A DNA stretch of 63,697 nucleotides, the filler included, from Actinomycetota bacterium (GTDB taxonomy: Bacteria; Actinomycetota; Acidimicrobiia; IMCC26256; VFJJ01): NCBI GenBank assembly GCA_009886115.1. It is 6 parts of 6 records of this genome, joined end to end, with 100 filler letters (N's around TTAATTAATTAA, not from the genome) between each part and the next. Parts side by side here need not be neighbours in the genome. Positions count along the whole stretch, not along the records: positions 37,638 to 55,052 come from VFJJ01000186.1; positions 55,153 to 61,707 come from VFJJ01000172.1; 4 more parts are not named here. One strand, given 5' to 3'. This document shows positions 48,975-59,307 of the stretch, piece after piece. The notes under the pieces are model-generated. The model worked only from the letters and a program-made list of their open reading frames with translations. It did not search any database and was not told the origin of the DNA. The translations under genes and the position numbers were made by a program. Every line of letters starts with the position of its first letter. Positions within the stretch are counted from its first letter, which is position 1.

Positions 48975-50239
48975 ACGGAATCGCCTCCCGAGGGTTCTCG
49001 ATCACCGACGACCCGTACGGCCTCGGCGTCGGGCGCCTCTTTCAGATGGCCGAACGGCGCAACGACAAGCGCGGGCACCTCTTCGTGAGCACCGTGCTGG
49101 GCAAGCACCTCCCCGTCGATCCTCGCGAGGCCTTGGATTTCGGAGCGCTCCTCGGCCGTCGGTGGCTCGAGCGCTCCGGCGCCGCCGTACCCGAGGGTGA
49201 TCGTCTCGGGCTCGCCCGTGGGCCGGGACCCGATATCGGCGCACCGCTCGTGCTGGGTTTCGCCGAGACGGCAACGGCGCTCGGTCATGCCGTCGCCGAC
49301 GAGCTGACCCGTGTGTGGCCCGCCACGACCTACGTGCACAGCACCCGTCTGGCGGAGAGCGGGCGCCCGCTGGCGTTCGGGTTCGAGGAAGAGCACTCGC
49401 ACGCCACCTCGCACCGGGTCGTCGCCGACTCGTCGTGGTTCGACCACGACCGGCCCGTACTGCTGGTCGACGACGAGCTCACCACCGGGCGTACGGCGCT
49501 CAACACGGTTCGGGCGTTGCAAGCAGCGTTTCCCCGTCGTCACTACGGTTTGGCCACCTACCTCGACTGGCGGGGGCCCGACGACCGGGCTGCGTTCACC
49601 GCGACCGAGGCCGAGCTGGGCGTGACGATCGACGTCGTGTCCCTCCAGGCCGGCACCATCGATTCGACCGCTCGCGGTCGGGAAGCTCGGCCATCCGGGT
49701 CGCTCGACGACGGCCGTCGCCCCCGTCCGTTGACGGTGACGGTCGACTCGTGGGACGAGGCACCCGTCCTCCATGCCCGCCATGGCTGGACGGCGGCCGA
49801 CACCAAGACGCTGGAGGCGTTCGCGCACGACGTCGCTGCGTCCCTGTGCGTCGCTGGCGTCGGGTCGGGGCCGGTGCTGTGCCTGGGCGTCGAGGAGTTC
49901 ATGTACGCACCGATGCGTGTGGCTGAGGCGATGGGTCGTCGGCTCCGTTGCGACGCGAGGGGGGTCGCGTACCAGACCACGACCCGAAGCCCGATCCTCA
50001 TCCGGGACGAGCCGGGATATGCCGTGCGCCACGGCATCTCGTTCGACGAGCCCGGCGAGCCGGGGCGGGCCAGCTTCGTGTACAACCTCGCGCCCGCCGG
50101 CCATCCGGGATGGGACCACGTGTTCGTCTTCTTCGACGGACCCCGTCGAGACGCTGCGCTGGAGCCGTTCGTCCACGCGGTCGCTGGCTGCGGAGCGACA
50201 GCGAACCTGCACATCGTGTTCCTCGGAGCTGATCGATGA
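48971..50239 (+). CDS. phosphoribosyltransferase with TRSP-type C-terminal domain
   Basis: KRGHLFVSTVLGKH, GFAETATALG, EEHSHA, LVDDELTTG, EEFMY and TTRSP motifs. Confidence 0.9.
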   Translation: MNGIASRGFSITDDPYGLGVGRLFQMAERRNDKRGHLFVSTVLGKHLPVDPREALDFGALLGRRWLERSGAAVPEGDRLGLARGPGPDIGAPLVLGFAETATALGHAVADELTRVWPATTYVHSTRLAESGRPLAFGFEEEHSHATSHRVVADSSWFDHDRPVLLVDDELTTGRTALNTVRALQAAFPRRHYGLATYLDWRGPDDRAAFTATEAELGVTIDVVSLQAGTIDSTARGREARPSGSLDDGRRPRPLTVTVDSWDEAPVLHARHGWTAADTKTLEAFAHDVAASLCVAGVGSGPVLCLGVEEFMYAPMRVAEAMGRRLRCDARGVAYQTTTRSPILIRDEPGYAVRHGISFDEPGEPGRASFVYNLAPAGHPGWDHVFVFFDGPRRDAALEPFVHAVAGCGATANLHIVFLGADR

Positions 50240-51504
50240 GCGATCGGGGGTCTGATCCGGCCGGCGCCCGTACGGTTGCGCCCAGGTCGCAAACCCAGCC
50301 CTCCTTCGAGCCGCAGCCGCCGCAGCCGCCGCAGCCGTTCGGGAGCTACCCCGCCGCCGACGTCACGTGGCTGTTGAAGGACCTCGGCGACGCCGCGCTG
50401 GAGCGACCCCTCGACGAGCGGGAGGAGGCCATCCAGGGCGGTCGCCACTACTCCGAGATGCTCCCGGTCGAGTACCGCCCCTCGGAGGCGTATCAGGCCC
50501 TGTTCATCGAGGCGTTGCACTCCTCTGCGCAGCGGGTGGCCGCGGCCGTGGCCGCCGTCGGCGATCAGATCGTCGAGCGTCGTGGACCCGAGGTGGTGCT
50601 GGCCTCGCTGGCCCGGGCCGGAACACCCATCGGGGTCCTGATCCGGCGCTGGCTGCGTTTTCGTCACGGCATCGACACGCCGCACTACACGTTGTCGATC
50701 ATCCGGGGCCGCGGGATCGACCTGGTCGCGGTGCGTTGGCTCCTCGCCCGCCACCGGGCCGAAACGATCCAGTTCGTCGACGGGTGGACGGGCAAGGGGG
50801 CGATCCTGAGGGAGCTCGTGGCCGCGTGCGACGGGCTGCACGTCGCCGGCCTGCGCCCCGATCTGGCGGTCCTTGCCGACCCCGGACACTGCACCGATCT
50901 GTTCGGCACCAGGGACGACTTCCTGATCCCGTCGGCCTGCCTCAACGCCACGGTGTCGGGCCTCGTCAGTCGTACGGTGCTGAACGATCGCTTCGTGGGT
51001 CCCGGCGACTTCCACGGCGCCAAGTGGTACCGCGAGCTCGCCGGGGAGGACGTGTCGAACCTGTTCGTCGACACGGTCACCGCGGCGTTCGATTCGGTCG
51101 GCGAAACCGCTGGTAAGCCTCCATGGTCCACCGAATCTGCCGCCGAATCGGCGCGGAGGGAGCGATGCGCCCCCACATGGGCCGGTCTCGCCGCCGTCCG
51201 GACGATCCAGGATCGCTTCGGAATCGCCGATAGCAACCTGGTGAAGCCCGGAGTCGGGGAAACGACGCGCGTTCTGCTGCGACGAGTGCCGTGGAAGGTG
51301 CTGATCAACCCGGACCGGGCCCGTGACCTGGGTCCGGTGCTACTCCTCGCACGTGAGCGCGGGGTCGAGATCGTCGAGGATCTGACCATGGTGTACTCCG
51401 CATGCGGCATCATCCGACCTCTCGCGGCTGATCCGGCCGGGGCGGCGATCGCACCGGGGACCCCGGTCGCACGCTCGTCGGGAGAACGGCAGGACCCGAC
51501 GTGA
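50236..51504 (+). CDS. StiP-like / PELOTA-RNA-binding-domain Ter-cluster protein
   Basis: GSY...DVTWLLKD, HYSEMLP.E, SLARAGTP, FVDGWTGKG and VKPGVGETTRVLLRRVP motifs. Confidence 0.9.
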   Translation: MSDRGSDPAGARTVAPRSQTQPSFEPQPPQPPQPFGSYPAADVTWLLKDLGDAALERPLDEREEAIQGGRHYSEMLPVEYRPSEAYQALFIEALHSSAQRVAAAVAAVGDQIVERRGPEVVLASLARAGTPIGVLIRRWLRFRHGIDTPHYTLSIIRGRGIDLVAVRWLLARHRAETIQFVDGWTGKGAILRELVAACDGLHVAGLRPDLAVLADPGHCTDLFGTRDDFLIPSACLNATVSGLVSRTVLNDRFVGPGDFHGAKWYRELAGEDVSNLFVDTVTAAFDSVGETAGKPPWSTESAAESARRERCAPTWAGLAAVRTIQDRFGIADSNLVKPGVGETTRVLLRRVPWKVLINPDRARDLGPVLLLARERGVEIVEDLTMVYSACGIIRPLAADPAGAAIAPGTPVARSSGERQDPT

Positions 51505-52295
51505 GCGTGCTCTTCGCCTCCGACCTCGATCGCACGCTGATCTACTCGGCCCGGGCAGCCGGGATGCCGCTCGATCGGCTCGAACCGGTCGAGTTCCGAA
51601 ACAGCCTCCCGATCAGCTACATGACCCCCGGAGCGCTGGCGACGCTCATCGAGCTGTCGATGAGGCTGTGGTTCGTGCCCACGACCTCGCGGAGCATGGC
51701 GCAGTACGCGAGGATCGGCCCGTTGGCGCCCAGTCGCTACGCCATCGTGGCCAACGGCGGGAGGATCCTCGACGAGGGCCGTCCCGACGAGGTCTGGTCG
51801 CAGCGCATCGAGCGCCTCATCTCGTCGACCAGTGAGCCCCTCGGCACCGTCGCCGGGATCATCGAGCAGGCTGCCGAGCAGCCGTGGTGCCGTTCGGTCG
51901 GGCGCTGCGACGACCTCTACCTCGTGGTGACCGTCGACCGCGCCGCCGTACCGGTCGACTGGTTGGCGTCGCTCGTCGACCGACTCACGCTCCGCGGGTG
52001 GAAGGCCGATCTGCAGCACGGGAAGCTCTACGTGCTCCCCGACGCACTCGACAAGTGGCTCGCGGTGTCGCACCTGGCCGACCGGACCGGCGCTGAGACC
52101 GTGGTTGCGGCCGGCGACTCGTGCCTCGATGTGCAGATGCTGGAGCACGCCGACGTCGGCCTCCGGCCGGGGCACGCCGAGATCGACGCCGGGATCGTCG
52201 TGACGCCGGGAACGCATGGTGCTGGAGCGGCCGAGGAGATCCTCGCCGCCATCGAGGTTCTGATCGGCGTGGTCGAATCCGGATCTACACTGTAA
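51501..52295 (+). CDS. HAD-family hydrolase
   Basis: SDLDRTLIYS, PTTSR and AAGDS.LD motifs. Confidence 0.9.
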   Translation: MSVLFASDLDRTLIYSARAAGMPLDRLEPVEFRNSLPISYMTPGALATLIELSMRLWFVPTTSRSMAQYARIGPLAPSRYAIVANGGRILDEGRPDEVWSQRIERLISSTSEPLGTVAGIIEQAAEQPWCRSVGRCDDLYLVVTVDRAAVPVDWLASLVDRLTLRGWKADLQHGKLYVLPDALDKWLAVSHLADRTGAETVVAAGDSCLDVQMLEHADVGLRPGHAEIDAGIVVTPGTHGAGAAEEILAAIEVLIGVVESGSTL

Positions 52296-52414
52296 CGACC
52301 GGCGTGTCGGGATTCGCCCCGCCGTCGTGAAGCGGTGCGATCATCCGATCTCGGTCCTCGCATACACTTCGACCCTGATCTGTGATTCATGAACTTCACT
52401 TCAAGGAGGAAGCG

Positions 52415-52990
52415 GTGCCCATCTCGCTCAGCAAAGGCGGCAACATCTCGCTCAGCAAGGCCGCGCCGGGTCTCACCAAGGTCACCGTGGGCCTCGGTTG
52501 GGACGTGCGCCAGACCGACGGCGCTGCGTTCGACCTCGACGGCAGCGTGTACCTCTGCGGCGTGAGTGGCACCGTTCGAGGTGACGGCGATTTCGTCTTC
52601 TACAACCAGCTGAAGTCGGGCGACGGGTCGGTCGAGCACCTCGGCGACAACAAGACCGGCGCGGGCGAGGGCGACGACGAGAACGTGCGTATCAACCTGG
52701 CCACGGTGCCCGCCGACGTCGACAAGATCGCGGTCGGCGTCACGATCCACGAAGCCGCGCAGCGCAACCAGAACTTCGGCATGGTGCGCAACGCCTTCAT
52801 CCGCATCCTCAACGACGACAACGGTGAGGAGCTCGCACGCTACGACCTCTCCGAGGACGCATCGGTCGAGACGTCGATGGTGTTCGGCGAGGTGTACCGC
52901 CACGGTGGGGAATGGAAGTTCCGCGCTGTCGGCCAGGGTTTCCAGGGCGGCCTCGACGCCATGGCCAAGAGCTTCGGCGTCACCCTGTGA
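52415..52990 (+). CDS. terD: TerD family stress protein (second stand-alone paralogue)
   Basis: [28 protein letters not shown] and WKFRAVGQG motifs. AAGGAGG RBS. Confidence 0.93.
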   Translation: MPISLSKGGNISLSKAAPGLTKVTVGLGWDVRQTDGAAFDLDGSVYLCGVSGTVRGDGDFVFYNQLKSGDGSVEHLGDNKTGAGEGDDENVRINLATVPADVDKIAVGVTIHEAAQRNQNFGMVRNAFIRILNDDNGEELARYDLSEDASVETSMVFGEVYRHGGEWKFRAVGQGFQGGLDAMAKSFGVTL

Positions 52991-55052
52991 GCATCGATTC
53001 CCCCACGACTGACGTCGTTCATGGGCTGACGAGCACTGAGGTCGAAGAGAGCCGTCGAACCCATGGCGCCAACTCGTTCAGCGAGTTGCCCACCAAGTCG
53101 ATCTGGGATTTCCTGAAGGAAGCCCTGAGTGATCCGGTGCTCCGGATCCTGATCCTGTGTGCCGTGATCTCGGTGGCTCTGGGCGCGTACACGGGCCACT
53201 ACATCGAGGGCGTGGCGATCACCGCAGCCGTGATCATCGTGACGCTGGTGGGGACGCTGAACCAGATGCGGGCGCAGTCGGAGTACACGGCGCTCGACGC
53301 GGTCGCCCAGCGCGAGAAGGTGCGCGTGATCCGCAACAGCGACGTCGAGGAGATCGACAGCGAGGAGCTCGTCGTCGGCGATGTCGTCGAGCTCAACACG
53401 GGCGACATCGTTCCGGCCGACATGCGCTTCGCCCGGGGCAACGACCTCCTGGTCAACGAGGCCCACATCACCGGCGAGCCTGACACCACCAAGGAGCTGG
53501 GCGAGCATCTGTACGGCTCGTCGCGCATCCTCGACGGATCGGGGCGCGGGATCATCCTCACGGTCGGCGACAACACCACCTTCGGGAAGATCCGCCAAGA
53601 GATCGCCCAGAAGGACAAGACGACACCGTTGCAGGAACGGTTGGCCAAGCTGGCCGTGAAGATCGGCACGGGCGGTAAGTGGGCGGCGATCATCACGTTC
53701 CTGGCGCTGATCATCTCGGGTTTCGCCCGTAACGACGTCGACCTCGAATGGTCGAAGGACTTCGTCACGTTCATCATCGACGCGATCACCATCGCCATCA
53801 CGATCGTTGTCGTCGCGGTGCCCGAAGGGTTGCCGCTGGCCGTCACGATCTCGCTGGCGTTCACGACCCGCAAGATGGCCGCCGAACAAGCCCTCGTACG
53901 GGAGCTCTCGGCCTGCGAGACGATGGGGGCCGCGACGATCGTCTGCACCGACAAGACCGGCACCCTCACCGCAGGGCACATGACCCTGCACTCGGCCGAG
54001 TTCGTCGGAGTGGGCTGGAGCTCCGACGAGCTCGAGACCATCGGCCGCCACGAGCAGGCCGCCGAGCCATTCCGTGACCTGGCTGAGGCCATCTCGATCA
54101 ACAGCTCGGCCGACCTCATCGAGCGGGAGGGTCAGACCGTCGTCGCTGGCAACAGCACCGAAGGTGCGCTGCTGCGTTGGATCGTGGGCCAGGGCATCGA
54201 CTACCGCCCGATCCGCGATAGCGCCGATGTCGCTGTCCGACGGGAGTTCAACAGCACCCGCAAGCACATGCTCACGGCCGTCCGTCGCACCAGCGACGAC
54301 CTCACCGTCTACATGAAGGGCGCCCCCGAGATCGTCCTCGGGTACTGCACGTCGATCCTCGCGACGCACGGCGAGGATCACTCGGTCACCGATGAGAGCA
54401 AGGAGCGCCTCATCGAGACCGTGCGCGACGCGGCCCGTCGGGGCTACCGGACCCTCGGTCTGGCTTCAGGATCCAAGCCGGCGTCGACCGTCCCCGACGA
54501 GATCGACCAGGGGCTGCGCTTCGACGCACTCCTGATCATCTCCGATCCGCTCCGAGCCGAGGTTCCCGACGCGGTGGCCCGCTGTCGTAGCGCCGGGGTG
54601 CGGGTGATGATGATCACCGGCGACATCCGCGAGACCGCCACCGAGATCGGTCGGCGCTCGATGATCGTCTCCGAAGGCGACATCGTCCTCGAAGGCGACG
54701 AGTTCCGCTCGATGCCCGATGCCGACGTGGTCGAGCGCCTGTCTCACATCACCGTGCTGGCCCGGGCCCTGCCCGACGACAAGAAGCGGATGGTGGAGCT
54801 GCTCCAGAGCCAGGGCGAGGTTGTCGCGGTCACTGGTGACGGGGTGAACGACGCGCCTGCGCTCGTAACGGCCGACGTCGGGTTCTCGATGGGTTCAGGA
54901 TCGAAGGTGGCCCGGGAAGCCAGCGACATCGTGATCGTCGACGACAACTTCGTCACGATGGTCCGGGCGATCCAGTGGGGACGCAGCGTCTTCGAGAACA
55001 TCCGGAAGTTCCTGCAGTTCCAGCTCACGATCAACGTGGTCGCCCTCACGAC
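52987..55052 (+). CDS. P-type ATPase, calcium-translocating PMCA-like (truncated by contig end)
   Basis: [35 protein letters not shown] and [13 protein letters not shown] motifs. GTGA overlap with terD. Confidence 0.92.
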
Positions 55053-55152
55053 NNNNNNNNNNNNNNNNNNNNNNNNNNNNNNNNNNNNNNNNNNNNTTAA
55101 TTAATTAANNNNNNNNNNNNNNNNNNNNNNNNNNNNNNNNNNNNNNNNNNNN
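55053..55152. other. artificial scaffold linker
   Basis: N-TTAATTAATTAA-N. Confidence 0.99.
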
Positions 55153-56274
55153 ACCCGGCGGTCTACGCCCCCGATGGCTCCGACGAGCCCACTTTGGGCG
55201 TGTTCACCTTCAGCGGCGCAGCGTCGGATGTGTCCGTCAACTCAGCCGGCGAGGCCGTGATCGTTCGCGGGCACGCTGGTGTGCTGCAGGCCGACGAGCC
55301 CAGCCTGCCGGGGCCCCAGGCGGTGCTGTCGTGGGCGGAACGTCCGGGGCTCATCCTCACCCTGGTATCCCCATCGCTCTCGGGTGCCGAGCTCGTCACC
55401 GTCGCCGCCAAAGCCGCGCTTCGGCCGCTTGCGGCGCCCATCCCCGGGCTCTTCGCGGGGTTCCAGGGCGGCGCCTCCGGTGTCGGCTCCGCGGTGGTGT
55501 ACGCAACGCCGAGCCAGGACGCGAACGTCATGGTCGGCGGTCTTGCCGGGGCGAGCGACGATCTCGGCGCAGATCGTGATGTGGCAGCTCAGCGACGACT
55601 ACACGGTGCAGCTGTTCGTCACCGGAGACCTGAGCGACGAGGAGCTGACGGCCATCGTCGAGTCGGTCGAGTTCGTCGACGCGACCGAATGGGCCGCCTT
55701 CGCGGCCGCGGCCACGGCCACGGCCACGGCCACGGCCACGGGGCAACGAGGGCTTCACCCTCGACTCTGAAGACCAAGTCACCATTGACTCCGGCGAGGT
55801 CGACGGTGAGCCCTGGCGGCTCACGGTGACCCGGTCGATGCAGCCCGAGGGTGCCCCGCCGGGGAGCGACGTGTCGGTCTGTGTCGAGCTCCAGAACTCC
55901 TCGAGCTGCGGAGGTCGTGCGGTTGCGGTCGGTGTCAACGGCGCCGTCGAGCCGAGAGCACGATCGAACCGATGTCGATGGGCGTCAGCGACGCAGGGGC
56001 CCAGGTGGTCCATGGCGAGGTCACGGCGGAGGTCGCCCGCCTCACCGCCGACGGCGTCGACGTCGAGATCCACGAGGCGCTGGGCCTGCGGGTCTGGTCG
56101 CTCGGCATCATCTCGGAACCCGTCGAGATGGTCGCCTACGGCGCAGCGGGCGACGAGCTGTCGTTTGCGATCGCCGCCCCGGGCCCAAACGTCTCGACGG
56201 CACCTCCCCCGCTCTCCACGCCCCTGACGATCACCGCCGACCCGGATCCTTCGCCCGCCACGACCCGCGGCTGA
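55153..56274 (+). pseudogene. frameshifted fragment of an extracytoplasmic protein resembling the downstream gene
   Basis: Coding-like segments switch frame near 55570, 55740 and 55950 (VIVRGHAG...LSWAE...ELVTVA; LSDEELTAIVESVEFVDATEW). 5' end lost at the linker. Confidence 0.55.
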
Positions 56275-56433
56275 GCGCCGGAGAGCGCTCAGCCCCCGCC
56301 CCACCTCGAGCACCTGTCGCTCAACGGGCAGGAGTGCGGTTGAGCGACAGGTGCTCGCTGGGGTTCGCCGGGGTTCGCTCCGAGTTTGGGGCTTTTCGCT
56401 CCAGTTGGGGCGAACGCGGGTCGATGTCGGGGT

Positions 56434-57654
56434 ATGGACCTCGCGCCCACCGACGCCACCGAGGCCTCCCCCGCAGATTCGGCCGCAGATTCGGCCGCAG
56501 AATCGACGGCGGCCGTCGACACGGAATCGGTCACGAGCACCCACGCTGATTCCGCAGAATCTGCCCCTGACCAGGCCGGAGACCCCGCGCAGAATCTGTC
56601 GCAGAATCGGCGCGGAAGGACCACGGCAACGATTGCGGCCATCACCGCCGCCGCCCTGGTCGTCGGCATCGGCGCCGGAGCGCTGCTCGCCGCTCAGCGC
56701 CGGGACGGCACTGACGCGACCGCGGTTGCCGGCGGCGCCAGCCAGTTCACCGGGCCGGATGCGACCGCCGCGACGTTCACCGGGCCGATCCACGCGCTGC
56801 CCGGACTCGTCCCCGAGGGGTTCGAGATCACCCACGTCGAGGATCTGCCGTGGCTGTTCGGCACCGGGACCGTCGACTCGACCGTGATCTTGTGGTCGCA
56901 GCCCGACACCCCCGGGGAGGTCGCGCTGGCCACGACCGTCGTGCTCGGCGAGGCCGCCGAGGTCACCGGCGGTGAGCAGGTCACGGTACGGGGGCGGATC
57001 GGGCGCCACCTCGCACCGGGCGACACGGCGAGCGGCCTCGCCGTGCTCACGTGGGAGGAGCAGGCCGGCTCCCGGATGACCCTGAGCGCCCGAGACGCCA
57101 CGCCGGGCGAGCTGGCTGTCATCGCCGACGGTCTGCAGCTCGACGAAACCGGGACCAGCGCGATCGGCCTCGCGCTCGCCGGAGAGGACCTCGTCCCCCA
57201 CGCTGTGTCGCGTGCGCTTCCCGCCACCATCACCAACGGCCCCCGGGGCAGTCTCGTGTGGCTGGCCAGCGCCGATGCGTCGATCTCGATCGTCGCCACC
57301 AGCGGCACCGACGACGACCTGACCGCCGCAGCCTGGATCTACGAGCGCGACGCCCGCCCGGGCACCCTCGTCGACGGCGTGCCCGCGTTCCGGGCCCGCT
57401 ACGAGCAGCGCCGAACCGACACCACCGCCACGGCCACCACGGGCGCCCCGACCACCGCGACAGCCACCCCCACCAGGCCCGACATCATCGAGCACGAGAT
57501 CCTGGCCTGGTTCGAGGCCGACGGTGTGCTCGTGGTGGTGAACGGCTTCGGCGTCGACGAGGCCACGCTCGCGGCCGTCGCCGCGAGCGTCACGCTCGTC
57601 GACGACACCGCCTACTCCGAAGCGTCGGCGTCAGCGTTCACGGCCGGGGGCTGA
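56434..57654 (+). CDS. single-pass membrane protein of unknown function
   Basis: Low-complexity N-terminus, TM segment IAAITAAALVVGIGAGALL, then LPGLVPEGF, VTVRG, LTWEE and LAAVAASV motifs. Confidence 0.75.
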   Translation: MDLAPTDATEASPADSAADSAAESTAAVDTESVTSTHADSAESAPDQAGDPAQNLSQNRRGRTTATIAAITAAALVVGIGAGALLAAQRRDGTDATAVAGGASQFTGPDATAATFTGPIHALPGLVPEGFEITHVEDLPWLFGTGTVDSTVILWSQPDTPGEVALATTVVLGEAAEVTGGEQVTVRGRIGRHLAPGDTASGLAVLTWEEQAGSRMTLSARDATPGELAVIADGLQLDETGTSAIGLALAGEDLVPHAVSRALPATITNGPRGSLVWLASADASISIVATSGTDDDLTAAAWIYERDARPGTLVDGVPAFRARYEQRRTDTTATATTGAPTTATATPTRPDIIEHEILAWFEADGVLVVVNGFGVDEATLAAVAASVTLVDDTAYSEASASAFTAGG

Positions 57655-57758
57655 GGCCGGCGAGGGGACGATCGACACCGCTCGCCGAGCCCGGGCCACA
57701 ACGACACGGCCCCGACCAGCCTCCGTCGCGGTCACGCGCTCGATGCTAGAACCAGCCG

Positions 57759-58991
57759 GTGACGACGGCCTCCACGACTCCAGGCACGTCAGGCCGGCAG
57801 GGTGCGCTGCTGCGAGCCTTCCGTCACCGCGAGTTCAAGCTCCTGTGGATCGGCTTCTTCGCCAGCCAGATGGGGTTCTGGATCAGTCACATCTCGATGC
57901 AGTCGCTGCTGGCCGACCTCACGGGCGACGATCCCGCCTGGATCGGCTGGCTGTTCTTCGCCGTGTACATCCCATCGCTGCTCCTGTCGCCGATCGCCGG
58001 GGTGGTGGCCGATCGGGTCGACCGCAAACGCATCCTGGTCACGTGCTACCTCGCGGTGCTCGTCCTGTCGGTGAACAACGCCGTCCTCACCGCGACCGAC
58101 ATGATGACGCCGGGTCGTCTGCTCGCCTTCGGTGCCGTCTTCGGCGCGGTCTTGGCCTTCATGGGCCCGGCGGCCCAGGCCGTGGTGGCCAACTCGGTGC
58201 CGCCCGAAGACCTGGCCAGCGCCATCTCGCTCCAGGCCGGCGCCGGCAACCTCACGCGCGTGGTCGGCCCCATGCTCGCGGCGCCCGTCCTCGCCGGAGG
58301 TGGAGCCGACATCGCGTTCGCCGTGTACGCGCTCGCGATGCTGATCGTGACCGCGGTGCTGATCCCCGTGCGCCTCACGCCGTACACGCCCGAAGCCGAC
58401 AGCACCGGGGTGCTCTCGCGCATGGCCGACGGGTTCCACCACGCCCGCGAGCGCCAGCCGGCGCTGGCCGCCATCGTGCTGCTGGGCATGCTCTCGATCT
58501 TCGGAGTGGCCCACACGGCGCTGGTGCCCACGCTGGCCCGCACGGTGCTCGGCCAGGGCAAGGCCGGCTTCACGGGAATCGTCGCCGCGACCGGCTTCGG
58601 GGCGATGGTCGGGGCGCTCGTCGTCGGATCCCGGAATCGAGCGCCGGCCATGCGCAAGGCGGCGCTCAACTGCACGGCGTACGGCGTCGCGCTCAGCGCC
58701 TTCGCCGTCTCGCGGATCTTCTGGCTGACGCTGATCTGTGCGGTGGTCGTCGGCTACTTCTACTTCGCGACCACGACCATCCTCAGCACGCTCGTGCAGC
58801 AGATCGTCGACGAGGACAAGCGCGGGCGGGTGTCGAGCCTGTTCATGTTGGCCTGGGGCGGGCTCGTGCCGCTGGGGACGGTCGTCATGGGGATCACCGC
58901 CCGCCACGTCGGCGCCCCCGAGACCATCCTCACGGGCGCGCTCGTCGTCACGGCCTACGCCGGGTGGGTGGCGATCCGAAGCAGGAGCTGA
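57759..58991 (+). CDS. MFS transporter (MFS_3/DHA3-like)
   Basis: About 12 hydrophobic segments, AGVVADRVDRKR and RGRVSS motifs. Confidence 0.92.
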   Translation: MTTASTTPGTSGRQGALLRAFRHREFKLLWIGFFASQMGFWISHISMQSLLADLTGDDPAWIGWLFFAVYIPSLLLSPIAGVVADRVDRKRILVTCYLAVLVLSVNNAVLTATDMMTPGRLLAFGAVFGAVLAFMGPAAQAVVANSVPPEDLASAISLQAGAGNLTRVVGPMLAAPVLAGGGADIAFAVYALAMLIVTAVLIPVRLTPYTPEADSTGVLSRMADGFHHARERQPALAAIVLLGMLSIFGVAHTALVPTLARTVLGQGKAGFTGIVAATGFGAMVGALVVGSRNRAPAMRKAALNCTAYGVALSAFAVSRIFWLTLICAVVVGYFYFATTTILSTLVQQIVDEDKRGRVSSLFMLAWGGLVPLGTVVMGITARHVGAPETILTGALVVTAYAGWVAIRSRS

Positions 58992-59046
58992 GCCGAACCC
59001 GCTACCGGGCCGACGCCGGACGGGCGCCGGACGGGCGTCGGGCGGC

Positions 59047-59238
59047 TCAGCCCTCGATCTTGATCGCCTGCTTGGGGCACCGGCGGACGGCCTCTTCGAC
59101 CTTGGCCCGGAGCTCCTCGCCCGGGTTCTCGTCGAGGATGTAGAGGAAGTCGTCGTCGCGTACCTCGAACACCTCGGGCGCGGCCTCCATGCACAGGGCG
59201 TTGCTCTCACACACGTCGAAGTTCACGACGACCTTCAC
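59047..59238 (-). CDS. ferredoxin ([3Fe-4S]-type, CxxNxxC...CP)
   Basis: KVVVNFDVCESNALC...APEVF...CPKQAI. GGAGGGG RBS before GTG. Confidence 0.92.
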   Translation of the reverse strand: MKVVVNFDVCESNALCMEAAPEVFEVRDDDFLYILDENPGEELRAKVEEAVRRCPKQAIKIEG

Positions 59239-59307
59239 GGCGATCCCCTCCAATGGGCCCACGGACGGGCGCAGCCTATCCACCTCGGCGAGGCGGGGCC
59301 GCTCCGG

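Noticed and set aside
43300..52990. Calling the Ter cluster a novel system or a proven tellurite-resistance locus
   Set aside because: The architecture is already described, and no terB or terC is visible to support a resistance claim.
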